IMG/VR virus record: IMGVR_UViG_3300022660_000058
From: an uncultured virus (IMG/VR IMGVR_UViG_3300022660_000058)
Taxonomy: Duplodnaviria; Heunggongvirae; Uroviricota; Caudoviricetes
Length of the DNA: 64,000 nt
Strand: one strand, 5' to 3'
Below are positions 48,946 through 59,633 of the stretch, piece by piece. The notes below the pieces were generated by a model that searched no databases, was not told the DNA's origin, and saw nothing but the letters and a program-made list of their open reading frames with translations. The position numbers were made by a program, and so were the translations under genes. Every line of letters begins with the position of its first letter. Position 1 is the stretch's first letter.

Positions 48946-51900
48946 ATGTCTGACAGTTTTGTTAGTAAAGAAAACTTTGAACATATATATAGATTTTTGG
49001 CATCTACCTATTCTAAAAAAACCGATGTAACAGAGGTATTATGGTTAGGTGATAAAGCCCCAAGTGATAACCGTTATTCTTTTTGGTTAGACAACGAAAA
49101 CACTCTCAGAGCAAAAAAAGTAAAAAATGAAACGGTCACTTGGGTACAAATATCAGGTGGTGCTTCGGGTGGTAGTACCAATAATGCTGTTTTTACTGTT
49201 ACAAACAAAACAGGTTGGCTCACAAAAACAGTTGCTTATGGAGCTGAATGTAATATATATTTAGAATGGTCTTCTATTGAGGATGAAATATCAACAGGTA
49301 ACGGTATAGTCACAATAAATGTTGGTGGTACGGTTAAATCCGTCTATGAGGAACAACAAGGTGAAATTACTATCAACATTGATAACTATTTGGTATTGGG
49401 AAATAATAATGTGAAAATATCAATATCCGACCTTTACGGAAATACAAGAGAAATCAATTTTACTATAACAAGCGTTAAAGTAAGTCTTAACTCATATTTT
49501 GACTCTGCCGTTGCTTATATGGGAGATATTACCTACTCATATATTCCGACAGGAGCTATTGAGAAAACGGTATATTTTCTTGTAGATGGCAAAGAGATTG
49601 ACACACAAACAGTAACGGTAAGTGGTAGAGAACAAAGTTTTAATATTCCTGCACAGGCTCACGGTAGCCATACTTTTGAGGTTTACTTTGTGGGAGAGAT
49701 AGACGGACAATCTGTTGAAAGCAATCATTTATATTACGAGCTTATTTGTTACGAGGCAGGAAACACTAAACCGATTATAGCCTGTGCGTTTAACAGTGAG
49801 TCGGTTAAACAGTTTGCAACGGTCAATCTTGAATATATCGTTTATACACCTGAGATTTTTTCATCAGAAGTAACAATAACGGATAATTTTGGTTATTCAA
49901 CAACACGAACAGTGGATAGAACATTACAACCATTCTCGTATAAAGCTGAGAATGTGGGTACAACTGAGATTACTTTTAAAGTTGGTAACACAGAGATTGG
50001 CAACACAGAAAGAGTAGTTTCATTTGAAGTTATTGAAAATAAGATTGATGTATACGCAGAAACAAGCAATCTTGAACTATACCTATCTTCCAAAGGTAGA
50101 AGCAACGGAGATAAGGAAGTAAACCCTCTTGATTGGGGCTACGGTGATATTAAGGCAGAGCTAACAGGATTTAATCTTACTAATGACTGTTGGCAACTCG
50201 ATAGCAATAACGATACTATCTTAAGGGTAACAGGTGATGCAAGAGTCAATATCCCCTTTTACATATTTGAGAATGACTTTAGAACAAATGGCAAAACAAT
50301 AGAGTTTGAGTTTGCGACAAGAGATGTTCTCAACTACGATGCAGTTATTCTTTCTTGTATGAGTGAAGGTAGAGGAATTGAAATTACCGCACAAAAGGCA
50401 ACAATGATTTTTGAAGGTGGTGAAATTTTCACTCAGTACAAAGAAGATGAGCACATAAGAATAGCTTTTACAGTAGAAAAACGAGCCGAAAACAGACTTG
50501 TTAGAATTTACATTAACGGAGTTATGTCGGGCAGTATTCAATATGCAGACGAAACAGACTTCTCTCAGGCTAATCCTGTAGGTATTTCTATTGGCTCAAA
50601 TGAATGTACGATGGATATTTATTGTATAAGAGTTTACGGAAATAACCTTTCACAGTATCAGATTCTTGATAATTGGATAGCAGATACACAGGATATTGAA
50701 GAATTGATAAAAAGATATGACCGAAATAATATTTTTGATGACTATGGAAATGTATCGGTTGATAAGCTACCAAAAACATTACCATATTTAGTGTTAGAAG
50801 CTGAGAACTATGAATATCTGCCTCAGTATAAAGGTGACAAAGAAAGACCTATAAACGGCAGATATGTTGACCCTATGTGGCAGAGCCGTAGTTTTACATT
50901 CTATCAAGCTCAGATAGATGTTCAGGGTACATCATCACAGTATTATTCGAGAAAGAATTATAAAATTAAATTTAAGAATGGATTTATCGTTGACGGAGTA
51001 ACCAAATCTAAATATCAGCTTAGAGATACTTCTGTACCAACCAATGTGTTTACTTTTAAGGCTGATGTGGCTTCAAGTGAAGGTGTAAATAATGTTGAGC
51101 TTTGCAAGCTCTATGATGATATATGCCCTGTTGACACTCCACCACAGAAAAAAGATAGTAAAGTTCGTCAAGGTATTGAGGGTTATCCTATATTAATGTT
51201 TTATTATGACGGTGAAACTTATCATTTTTTAGGTAAATACAACTTTAATAATGATAAGGGAACGCCTGAAGTTTTCGGACTTGATAACAACGATGAAAGT
51301 TGGGAAATTTTACTTAACAATACTAAAATGGCTAAGTGGAAGGACACCGACTTTGAAACTCCTTACATTGATGAAGAAGATGGGGAAGAAAAACTTGCGT
51401 GGATGAAAACTTTTGAAGCAAGACACCCCGAAGATAACACAGATGTTACCAATTTAAAGGCTCTCACAGAATGGATTTATTCAACTGATACAACAACAGT
51501 TAACACAGAGGAAGAAAAGGCTGAGAGGCTTGAAAAGTTTACCAATGAGTTAGGTGATTGGTTTAATGTGGATATGCTTATTTTCAATTATATATTCACA
51601 GAGCTATTCCTTTTAGTTGATAACAGAGCAAAGAACGCATTTCCGACAAGATATAATGAAGATGGCAAATGGTTAATTTTACCTTATGACTACGATACTG
51701 CTATCGGTGCAAACAACGAAGGTAAAATGCAGTTTGGTTATCAATTTGAAGATACAGATTTTATTCGTGGTAAAGAATTAATTACAGCCGAACAAGCAGA
51801 ACAGAATGGTATTAATGTAGAAACAGACGATACTGTTGACTATACTTATAACGGTCAAGACAGTGTGCTTTATGTTAATTTAAGAAAGTGTTTTGCAAAA

Positions 51901-54900
51901 GAGATTAAAGCGATGTATCAGAAACTTAGGAGTCAGGGTGTTCTCTCTTATGAAGAAGTAGAACGCAGATTTGCTGAACATCAAAATGTTTGGGGTGAAG
52001 CAATCTTTAATGAAGATGCTCGTTTTAAGTATATTGACCCTCTTGTTGAGGAGGGAAATAGTACCTATCTTCCAATGTTACAAGGCTCAAAGGCAGAACA
52101 GCGTAAATGGTGGTTATATAATCGTTTCAGGTATCTTGATAGTAAATATAACACAGGCGATGCTAAGACGGATTTTATCAATCTTAAAGCTTTTGCTTTG
52201 TCGGATATAACTCTTGTACCTTATGCTGATATTTATGCAACTGCTTCATTTGACGGTGCTATCAAACAAGTTAGAGCTTTTCGTGGTAACACTTATACCA
52301 TTGAGAACCCTGCCGACATAGCACAAGGTCAGGTTATAGCAATATATTCTGCTCCACAAATAGCTCAAATCGGAGATTTGAGTGGTTTGGATTTAGGTCT
52401 TGCAGACTTTTCAAAAGCGACAAGATTAAGTGGTATGCTTAAAATTGGTGATAGCGAAAGAGAAAATGCAAAACTTACCGAGTTGACCATTGGTAACTTA
52501 ACCCTTTTATCAACTATAAATGCAGTTAACTGTACAGCACTCACTCAACAAGTAGATATTAGTGGTTGTACCAACCTTGAACACGCATATTTTGAGGGAA
52601 CACAGATTACAGGTGTAACCCTTCCGAATGGCGGTATTTTAAAAACCTTACACCTCCCCTCGACAGTAACAAACTTGACTATTAAAAATCAGCCTTTACT
52701 TACTGATTTTGAAATGCCGAGCTACGAGAATTTAACTACACTTAGACTTGAAAATCTCGATGTAGATTTATTTGACACATTGTCAATGATATTACAAATG
52801 CCTTCAAACTCTCGTGTTCGTGTTTTAGGTGTTGAGTGGACTATTGATACGCCTGAAGAAATATTTGAAGCATTTAATAAACTTGACAGCTATAGAGGTC
52901 TTGACGAATATGGTAATAATATGGATAAACCGCAGATTTCAGGCATTATTCATACAGATACAATAACAGGCGACCAGCTTGCAGAAATGAAGTTAAGATA
53001 CCCGAATTTCACAATCGACTATAAACATATTATTTGTAGAGTTAATTTCTATAATTTTGACGGAACACTGCTTCATACTGCCTATGTTGAAGACAACGGT
53101 GATTGTTATGACCCGATTATAACAGAATTAATAGAAACACCAACCAAGCCTGAAACAGATGAAAGTAAGTTTATTTATAGTGGTTGGAATAAATCGCTTG
53201 AAAAGATTACAGAAAATAGAAATATCACAGCTCTTTATGATGAATATAAGAAATATTATGTCTCATTTGTTGATGATTTTGGCAATACTGTTCAGGTTAA
53301 CGGAAATAATACCAATGTTTATTATGACATAGAGGATGAAAATGTTATTTCTATCCCCGCCGACCTACCTCAATATTCAATCATAGACAGCGATGGTGCT
53401 ACTTGGGATTATCATTTTGAGGGTTGGAGTTTAGACGGTGTAAATGTTATTGATGTACCTACTGTTGTAAGTGGTACAAATTATAACATTACTTATAAAG
53501 CAGTATTTAGTGAACATAGAGTATATGTTGTTAAGTTTATAAATGACGATGTTGTTCATAACGAATTACATCTTTATGAAGGTGCTGAAATAGCCATACC
53601 TGAGATACCTGCAAGAATATCAACATATCAGTTCGATTATGAGTTTGCAGGTTGGACTATTGACGGTGAAAATATTGTTGATGTTGCTGAAACAATCGGC
53701 ACTAAAGATATAACTTACATTGCCAAGTACACAGCTATTGACAGATATTACCTTATTAAGTTCGTTGATTGGGATGGTTCACTTCTTAAATCATATTCGG
53801 TTAAACACGATGAATTACCAACTTGTGAAGACCCAATAAGAGAAGAAACAGCTCAATATTTCTATGACTTTGATGGTTGGGACAAAGAAGTTGTTGCCGT
53901 AACAGGCGATATGGTTTATACAGCCACTTATTTAGCGACAATCAGAACTTATACAGTTAAGTGGGTTAACGATGATGGCACTACTCTTCTTGAAAATGAT
54001 GTGAATGTTCCTTATGGTGAAATGCCGAGTTATGACGGAGCAACACCAACAAAGCAAGGCAATGCTCAATATACTTACACCTTCGCAGGTTGGCATATTG
54101 ATGTATCAACAGTCACAGGCAATATAACTTATATCGCAACATATACAGCAACGGTTAACACTTATACTGTTATTTGGAAGAATTACGATGGAACAGTAAT
54201 TGAAACTGATGTTAAAGTACCTTATGGCGATATGCCTGAATATAATGGTGCAACACCTACAAAGGCTTCAACTGCACAACACGAATATAGATTTGCAGGT
54301 TGGGATACAGCAGTTTCAGAGGTTACAGGTGATGTTGTTTATACTGCTACTTATACAGAACATATAAGAAGCTATGTTATCAAATTCGTTGACCATAGTG
54401 GTTCAGTCATCAAGTCAGAAGAGCTTGAATATGGTACAATGCCTACAGCACCGTCAGTACCAACAAGAGAAGGTTATGACTTCACTGGTTGGGATAAGAC
54501 GGTTGTTGCGGTTACAGGTGAAGCAACTTATACAGCACAATATAAGATTAAAACATATACAATCACTTGGACTCTTGCAGGTGCTTCTGCTACAACTACT
54601 TGTGAACACGGAAAGACACCAACACCGCCAGACGGTTGTAACATAGGTGATAGCCTTGTGATTGATGGCACAACTTACAAAATCAATGGTTGGAACCCTT
54701 CAATTACAGTTGCTACAAGTAATGCAACATATTCAGCATTAGCTTCCGTAACAGGTAGACAGGTTTCCGCAAGGTTTACAAGGTGTACTGCTCAAAATTC
54801 TTATACACAAGGCGTATCTGAGTTTTTGGCAGGTACAGGAAACTTGTATCCCAAAGAAAATATGTATGCCGTTATAGCCATTGTATGTGGATTAAATTTT

Positions 54901-55269
54901 GAGTCATTAAGGGATTGTAAAAACTTACGGATTACAGGTATGAGAGTGTCGGGTAGTGTGACTTGTATGAGTACGAGTACAACTTGCGAACCGTCAATAA
55001 GATTTGCGACAAATTTAGGTTCGGAAGCTTCCTCATATACCGATTTAGGTGACGAAGCAATAACTTTGGTATCAATAAAAGGAAAAACAACTAAGAGTTA
55101 TGAAATTACCGAAAATGAGTTCCCTAACGCATTTAATTGGATAAACAATAATATTGAGAGTTTCTTAAATGGTTACACATCAAATTCTTTTGGTGTTCGT
55201 TTATATAGCAAGTCTTATGTGAGCTTCTCTCCAATTACGGTTACTGTAATCTGTGATTATGATATGTAA
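48946..55269 (+). CDS. large tail protein: Ig-like + LamG-like + CotH-kinase-like + LRR + Listeria-Bacteroides (InlB B-type) repeats
   Basis: QGTSSQYYSRKNYKIK, GKYNFNNDK, DNRAKN, PYDYDTA; LRR segment; multiple Y.F.GWD...YTA.Y repeats. Confidence 0.8.
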   Translation: MSDSFVSKENFEHIYRFLASTYSKKTDVTEVLWLGDKAPSDNRYSFWLDNENTLRAKKVKNETVTWVQISGGASGGSTNNAVFTVTNKTGWLTKTVAYGAECNIYLEWSSIEDEISTGNGIVTINVGGTVKSVYEEQQGEITINIDNYLVLGNNNVKISISDLYGNTREINFTITSVKVSLNSYFDSAVAYMGDITYSYIPTGAIEKTVYFLVDGKEIDTQTVTVSGREQSFNIPAQAHGSHTFEVYFVGEIDGQSVESNHLYYELICYEAGNTKPIIACAFNSESVKQFATVNLEYIVYTPEIFSSEVTITDNFGYSTTRTVDRTLQPFSYKAENVGTTEITFKVGNTEIGNTERVVSFEVIENKIDVYAETSNLELYLSSKGRSNGDKEVNPLDWGYGDIKAELTGFNLTNDCWQLDSNNDTILRVTGDARVNIPFYIFENDFRTNGKTIEFEFATRDVLNYDAVILSCMSEGRGIEITAQKATMIFEGGEIFTQYKEDEHIRIAFTVEKRAENRLVRIYINGVMSGSIQYADETDFSQANPVGISIGSNECTMDIYCIRVYGNNLSQYQILDNWIADTQDIEELIKRYDRNNIFDDYGNVSVDKLPKTLPYLVLEAENYEYLPQYKGDKERPINGRYVDPMWQSRSFTFYQAQIDVQGTSSQYYSRKNYKIKFKNGFIVDGVTKSKYQLRDTSVPTNVFTFKADVASSEGVNNVELCKLYDDICPVDTPPQKKDSKVRQGIEGYPILMFYYDGETYHFLGKYNFNNDKGTPEVFGLDNNDESWEILLNNTKMAKWKDTDFETPYIDEEDGEEKLAWMKTFEARHPEDNTDVTNLKALTEWIYSTDTTTVNTEEEKAERLEKFTNELGDWFNVDMLIFNYIFTELFLLVDNRAKNAFPTRYNEDGKWLILPYDYDTAIGANNEGKMQFGYQFEDTDFIRGKELITAEQAEQNGINVETDDTVDYTYNGQDSVLYVNLRKCFAKEIKAMYQKLRSQGVLSYEEVERRFAEHQNVWGEAIFNEDARFKYIDPLVEEGNSTYLPMLQGSKAEQRKWWLYNRFRYLDSKYNTGDAKTDFINLKAFALSDITLVPYADIYATASFDGAIKQVRAFRGNTYTIENPADIAQGQVIAIYSAPQIAQIGDLSGLDLGLADFSKATRLSGMLKIGDSERENAKLTELTIGNLTLLSTINAVNCTALTQQVDISGCTNLEHAYFEGTQITGVTLPNGGILKTLHLPSTVTNLTIKNQPLLTDFEMPSYENLTTLRLENLDVDLFDTLSMILQMPSNSRVRVLGVEWTIDTPEEIFEAFNKLDSYRGLDEYGNNMDKPQISGIIHTDTITGDQLAEMKLRYPNFTIDYKHIICRVNFYNFDGTLLHTAYVEDNGDCYDPIITELIETPTKPETDESKFIYSGWNKSLEKITENRNITALYDEYKKYYVSFVDDFGNTVQVNGNNTNVYYDIEDENVISIPADLPQYSIIDSDGATWDYHFEGWSLDGVNVIDVPTVVSGTNYNITYKAVFSEHRVYVVKFINDDVVHNELHLYEGAEIAIPEIPARISTYQFDYEFAGWTIDGENIVDVAETIGTKDITYIAKYTAIDRYYLIKFVDWDGSLLKSYSVKHDELPTCEDPIREETAQYFYDFDGWDKEVVAVTGDMVYTATYLATIRTYTVKWVNDDGTTLLENDVNVPYGEMPSYDGATPTKQGNAQYTYTFAGWHIDVSTVTGNITYIATYTATVNTYTVIWKNYDGTVIETDVKVPYGDMPEYNGATPTKASTAQHEYRFAGWDTAVSEVTGDVVYTATYTEHIRSYVIKFVDHSGSVIKSEELEYGTMPTAPSVPTREGYDFTGWDKTVVAVTGEATYTAQYKIKTYTITWTLAGASATTTCEHGKTPTPPDGCNIGDSLVIDGTTYKINGWNPSITVATSNATYSALASVTGRQVSARFTRCTAQNSYTQGVSEFLAGTGNLYPKENMYAVIAIVCGLNFESLRDCKNLRITGMRVSGSVTCMSTSTTCEPSIRFATNLGSEASSYTDLGDEAITLVSIKGKTTKSYEITENEFPNAFNWINNNIESFLNGYTSNSFGVRLYSKSYVSFSPITVTVICDYDM

Positions 55270-55363
55270 TCTATATTCAAGAACCACTCTCTTTTGAAGG
55301 TGGTTTAATTTAACTATTTTAATTTAATTTTAAAATTTACTAATGACAAAGGAGGATGATATT

Positions 55364-56209
55364 ATGAGTAAAAACTATTTAATTTATCCTTGCAAAACAT
55401 TAAGAATTACACAGTCTTATACAGGAACAACTTCTCATCTGCCTCATACAACAGGCTCTCCCAAGGATTACCCTTGGGATGAAGGTTGTGTAGACGGTAG
55501 CAGAGGTTGGTGTTATTGCCCCTGCGATGAGATGAAGGTAAAAAGAATTTATGGTGTAGGTGCAAAAGGCACAAATACACTTTGGCTTGAATCAACTTCA
55601 AAAGTTTATTTTGCTGATGGTACAAGTGGTTATTTTACTATGCTTATAACCCACCCTAACGATGATGATTTAAAGAAAATTAAAGTTGGACAAACTTTTA
55701 AAAGAAAAGAAAAGATTTGTCGTGAGGGTAAAGACGGAGCTACAGGTAATCACTTTCATTTTAGTGGTGGTAAAGGTAAATACAAAGGTAATGGTTGGAC
55801 ACAAAACTCAAAAGGTAAATATGTATTAACTACAACAGGTGGTTCATATAAACCCGAAAAGCTTTTTTATGTTGATAAAGCTTTTACTACAATTAAAAAT
55901 ACTAAAGGTTTAACTTTTAAAGAATTACCCAAAGAGGAAGTCAAAACAACTACAGCAAAAACTTATACCACAGGCAATTATAAGGTTACTGCTGATGTGC
56001 TTTCTGTTCGTAAGGGTGCAGGTACTATTTATACAAAACTTAAATATTCACAACTTACCAAATCAGCACAGAATAAAATTTTACAGCTTGCAGGTTATAA
56101 GGCTAATGGTTATGTAAAAGGTTTAACTTTTGAGGTAATAGAAGTTAAGAAGAATTGGGGTAAGACACCTTCGGGTTGGGTTTGCCTTGATTATTGTGTA
56201 AAAATATAA
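55364..56209 (+). CDS. endolysin, M23 peptidase + SH3b
   Basis: H...PWD and GATGNHFH M23 motifs; LSVRKGAG...WGKT.SGWV SH3b. Confidence 0.8.
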   Translation: MSKNYLIYPCKTLRITQSYTGTTSHLPHTTGSPKDYPWDEGCVDGSRGWCYCPCDEMKVKRIYGVGAKGTNTLWLESTSKVYFADGTSGYFTMLITHPNDDDLKKIKVGQTFKRKEKICREGKDGATGNHFHFSGGKGKYKGNGWTQNSKGKYVLTTTGGSYKPEKLFYVDKAFTTIKNTKGLTFKELPKEEVKTTTAKTYTTGNYKVTADVLSVRKGAGTIYTKLKYSQLTKSAQNKILQLAGYKANGYVKGLTFEVIEVKKNWGKTPSGWVCLDYCVKI

Positions 56210-56217
56210 ATAATATA

Positions 56218-56239
56218 TCCCCTCTTAACGAGGGGTTTT
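56218..56239 (+). terminator. rho-independent terminator
   Basis: CCCCTC-TTAAC-GAGGGG followed by TTTT. Confidence 0.75.
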
Positions 56240-56265
56240 GATTTACGAAAGATAAAGGTGATTTT

Positions 56266-56457
56266 ATGGTAACATTACTTAAAGTTGGTGATGAATGTTG
56301 GGCTAAACAATTAGAAATTTGTGGCTTATCAACTGACGAGAAACCTATTGGTGTTATTAACGGCGTTGATATTGTTAACGGTTCTACTTTTGTAGAAATG
56401 GATACGACCAAAGTTTTTATGTATAGTCAATCAGATTCCCATTGGTATGAAATGTAA
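56266..56457 (+). CDS. small phage protein
   Basis: GLSTDEKP...NGSTFVEMDT motif. Confidence 0.7.
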   Translation: MVTLLKVGDECWAKQLEICGLSTDEKPIGVINGVDIVNGSTFVEMDTTKVFMYSQSDSHWYEM

Positions 56458-56474
56458 TCAAGGGGGTCGATAAT

Positions 56475-57326
56475 ATGAGTTTAACTGAAAAAGTTTTACG
56501 CAAAAGACATCTTGAAGAGTGTGAGAATGGCAACGGCGTATCCTCTTGGAATGATTTGACTGATAAACCGTTTTCTGACCATCCATATAAATTAATCGGC
56601 AGTAAATACAGCTCGGAAATAAGAATAGAAGAAAACTCAGATGTAGGATATTATTATGTTAGTGATTTAGTTCCACCCGACAATATGGATTATATTTTTA
56701 TAGGTTTGGGTTTAGACGGAAATGAATATGAAGTAACTACTGTAAGCCATTATCCAGTAAAGAATTACGATGCATATTTTACACGAGAAAGCAACTATCC
56801 TTATGTTATTGTAGCCTTCCAAGATAATGTCCAAGATACAGATATTTTGGGTAGAGCTATAACATTTCCCAAGATGGGTGTTTACTTTTATTATTCGCCA
56901 AGCGGTGGAAATACTGTAACTTCGTTTATGGGCGGTGGAATAACCAAGATTGATAAAAAGTTTTTGCCTGACCAAGTTCAACCCGATTGGGATGAAACAG
57001 ACGAAACAAGTCCTGCTTTTATTATGAATAAACCTGAAAGTTTAGGTGGTTACACTTATTATTATATTAACACATATTCAAGTGGTAGTGGACTTTTGCG
57101 TAGTACAAATGAAGCATTTGATGATTGGTCAGACAAGGTAGAAAGTTCTGAGGAATTTTTCGATAATTATTATGCAAAGCCAATAATGTTAAGAGTAAGG
57201 ACAAGTTCATCCGATATGTCTGCTCCTTGTATTGGTTATAGTGTAAGCGGTGGAAATCTTTATGTGAATTATATGTTAAATAATTCAATAACTTTTGCAA
57301 ACACAAAACTTGCAATGAATAGCTGA
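56475..57326 (+). CDS. tail fibre-like protein
   Basis: SWNDLTDKPF, IDKKFLP, QPDWDETD..SPAFI.NKP motifs. Confidence 0.65.
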   Translation: MSLTEKVLRKRHLEECENGNGVSSWNDLTDKPFSDHPYKLIGSKYSSEIRIEENSDVGYYYVSDLVPPDNMDYIFIGLGLDGNEYEVTTVSHYPVKNYDAYFTRESNYPYVIVAFQDNVQDTDILGRAITFPKMGVYFYYSPSGGNTVTSFMGGGITKIDKKFLPDQVQPDWDETDETSPAFIMNKPESLGGYTYYYINTYSSGSGLLRSTNEAFDDWSDKVESSEEFFDNYYAKPIMLRVRTSSSDMSAPCIGYSVSGGNLYVNYMLNNSITFANTKLAMNS

Positions 57327-57365
57327 TATTCATATATAATACTTAAAGAATTAGATAAGGATGAT

Positions 57366-58193
57366 TTGATGATAGATATAATTATACCAGCGTATAATTG
57401 TAAAGAAACTTTGTTTAAAACACTATCTTCTCTCGAAACACAAACCGATAATAACTTTAATGTTATTATTGTAGATGATTGTTCAACGGAAGATTTAATG
57501 CCAATAATAAAAGAAAAACAAAATCATTTAAATATAAAATATATTCACAAGGATAAAAATGAAGGTTGTGGAATGGCACGACAGACAGGCATAGATAATG
57601 CAACAAGTGATTATATTACATTTCTTGATGCCGATGATATTCTTATGCCTTATGCGGTTGAAGTGTTTAATTCAATGATTCAAAGTAATGATTTTGATGT
57701 TTACCATTCTTATTTTTACGAGCAAGCAAATATAGATAATACACCAATGCTAATATTGCACAAAGACGGTTATACTTGGTGTCACGGAAAATTATATAAA
57801 CGCTCTTTTATTCAGAAATATGGTATTACAAATTCACCAAAAGTTAAATATGCTGATGATAGCTATTTTAATTCTATGTGTACAGAATTAGGTACTGTAG
57901 GGTTAATCCCAATAGGAATGTATTTGTGGATGAATAATGGTAATTCTATAACAAGAAGTAAAAATGGATTATTCAGAGAAACCGCTTTGTCAGATTTTAT
58001 CAATGCTATGAAGCTATCAGTAGAATTTGTGTTGCAGTATAAAGATGTTTCTGAAATCCAACATCTTCAACAAACTATACCACATATACAAAATGGGTAT
58101 AAAAATATGTATAATGATTTATCAGATAATGAAAAGATTAAAACTGATAAGGTGTTAAAAGAATTTTATAATTTAATAAATTATACAGAATAA
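57366..58193 (+). CDS. family 2 glycosyltransferase
   Basis: IIIPAYN, VDDCS, ARQ.G, FLDADD. Confidence 0.9.
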   Translation: MMIDIIIPAYNCKETLFKTLSSLETQTDNNFNVIIVDDCSTEDLMPIIKEKQNHLNIKYIHKDKNEGCGMARQTGIDNATSDYITFLDADDILMPYAVEVFNSMIQSNDFDVYHSYFYEQANIDNTPMLILHKDGYTWCHGKLYKRSFIQKYGITNSPKVKYADDSYFNSMCTELGTVGLIPIGMYLWMNNGNSITRSKNGLFRETALSDFINAMKLSVEFVLQYKDVSEIQHLQQTIPHIQNGYKNMYNDLSDNEKIKTDKVLKEFYNLINYTE

Positions 58194-58200
58194 AGAATTT

Positions 58201-58352
58201 AAAAGATTAGAGAAAATGTAGGTGAATATCCCCTATTCTCCCCTACCCTACTTTCTCTAATCTTTTTGCGTAGATATTTGTCTCAAAGTAATCGGTCAGA
58301 TTTGGTAAAACTAATTGGTCAGATTTGACGGTTATTTTGATAGAAATATTTA
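58201..58352 (+). ncRNA. candidate structured RNA (two long hairpins)
   Basis: 15-bp perfect stem at 58201-58266; ~33-bp stem at 58271-58352 with five G-U pairs on the + strand. Confidence 0.4.
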
Positions 58353-58385
58353 TGTATTTTTAAAATTAAAATTTAAAACAAAGGT

Positions 58386-58913
58386 GTGATTATTATAGCA
58401 CAAAAAAACAAAGGTAAAATTGTAGAGGAAGATTTTAAAAAAAGTTGCCAAAAACAAGATATATGGATACACAGAATTAAAGACAATCAACTCAGCTATA
58501 TGAGTGATTATCATACTTCGGAAAATCCATATGACTTTATAGCATTTACTAATTCAACACTTTATTTGATTGAATGTAAGTGTACAAATCTTAATAGTTT
58601 AACAGTGGCAAGAAACAAAGAAGAAAAAAATAAAATGATTAAGAAACATCAAATTGATAGTTTATGGGTAGACAGTCGATATGATAATGTTGTCGGTGCG
58701 TTTTTAATAGATTTTAAAACATCGAACAACACCTATCTCCTATCTATTGATAAATTTATGGGTTGGTACTGTTTAGAAGATAAAAAGTCGATAAGCGAAA
58801 AGGATATAGTAGCATTAGACCCAATAGTAGTTCAAAAAGAATTAAAAAGAACGAGATACCAATATGACATTAAGCTCGGTTTTGAGCAGTTAAACAAACA
58901 AAATAATATTTAA
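58386..58913 (+). CDS. RecU-like Holliday junction resolvase
   Basis: GKIVEEDF...NPYDF...LIECK.T...HQI. Confidence 0.8.
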   Translation: MIIIAQKNKGKIVEEDFKKSCQKQDIWIHRIKDNQLSYMSDYHTSENPYDFIAFTNSTLYLIECKCTNLNSLTVARNKEEKNKMIKKHQIDSLWVDSRYDNVVGAFLIDFKTSNNTYLLSIDKFMGWYCLEDKKSISEKDIVALDPIVVQKELKRTRYQYDIKLGFEQLNKQNNI

Positions 58914-58928
58914 GGAGTGTTGTATAAT

Positions 58929-59540
58929 ATGTCAAATGAAAAAGTAATTGAAAATGTAGAAGTAATGGAAAATGAAGCAGTTGAAAACACAGAAAATGTG
59001 GTTGTCAATGAAATCGTTAAAGAACTTCCTAAGATAACCTTAGAAGAATTTAAAGAAAAAGTTAAATTTAAAAATTACATTCCCCTTTCAGAGAAAAATA
59101 CAATTATTGATTTAATTTGGAATAATTGTGTTGTTAAAGATGAAGCAAACGGTATTTATTTTATAGATAGTATTATGAGAGATGTGGCTTTTCATCTTGC
59201 TATTTTAAGATATTATACTGATTTCTATACTGTCTTTGAGTATGCAGAAGATTATTCTTATGATGAGTTAGCCGAAGCAGGTATATTTAACAGAATCCAA
59301 TTTACCAATGACGATGTTGATTCGGTTAATGATATTATTCAGTTTAACTTTGAGGAAAGAGTTAGAGCTATGAATAGCACAGGCTCTTCATTACATAGAC
59401 TTTTAGGTGGTCTGTTAGATAAAATGCCTGATGTAAATAAATTAGGTGAACTTGTACAAGAATTACCAAAGATTCTTAATAATGTTGACCCCAAAGTAAT
59501 TGAAATGTTTGCCAAAGATTTAAAGAATGGTACAGTTTAA
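58929..59540 (+). CDS. hypothetical tail-region protein (possible chaperone)
   Basis: AAGGAG RBS; YIPLSEK...YYTD. Confidence 0.65.
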   Translation: MSNEKVIENVEVMENEAVENTENVVVNEIVKELPKITLEEFKEKVKFKNYIPLSEKNTIIDLIWNNCVVKDEANGIYFIDSIMRDVAFHLAILRYYTDFYTVFEYAEDYSYDELAEAGIFNRIQFTNDDVDSVNDIIQFNFEERVRAMNSTGSSLHRLLGGLLDKMPDVNKLGELVQELPKILNNVDPKVIEMFAKDLKNGTV

Positions 59541-59633
59541 AATTAAAATTTAAGAATGTTTTAGAGAGTAGGATTGATTTTGAGTAATCTCCCCTACTCT
59601 CTATTTTTTATAAAATTTAAAGGTGGTGATGAT

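Noticed and set aside
53030..55269. Diversity-generating retroelement acting on the tail protein
   Set aside because: No reverse transcriptase and no TR/VR pair seen; the repeats are diverged protein-level repeats.
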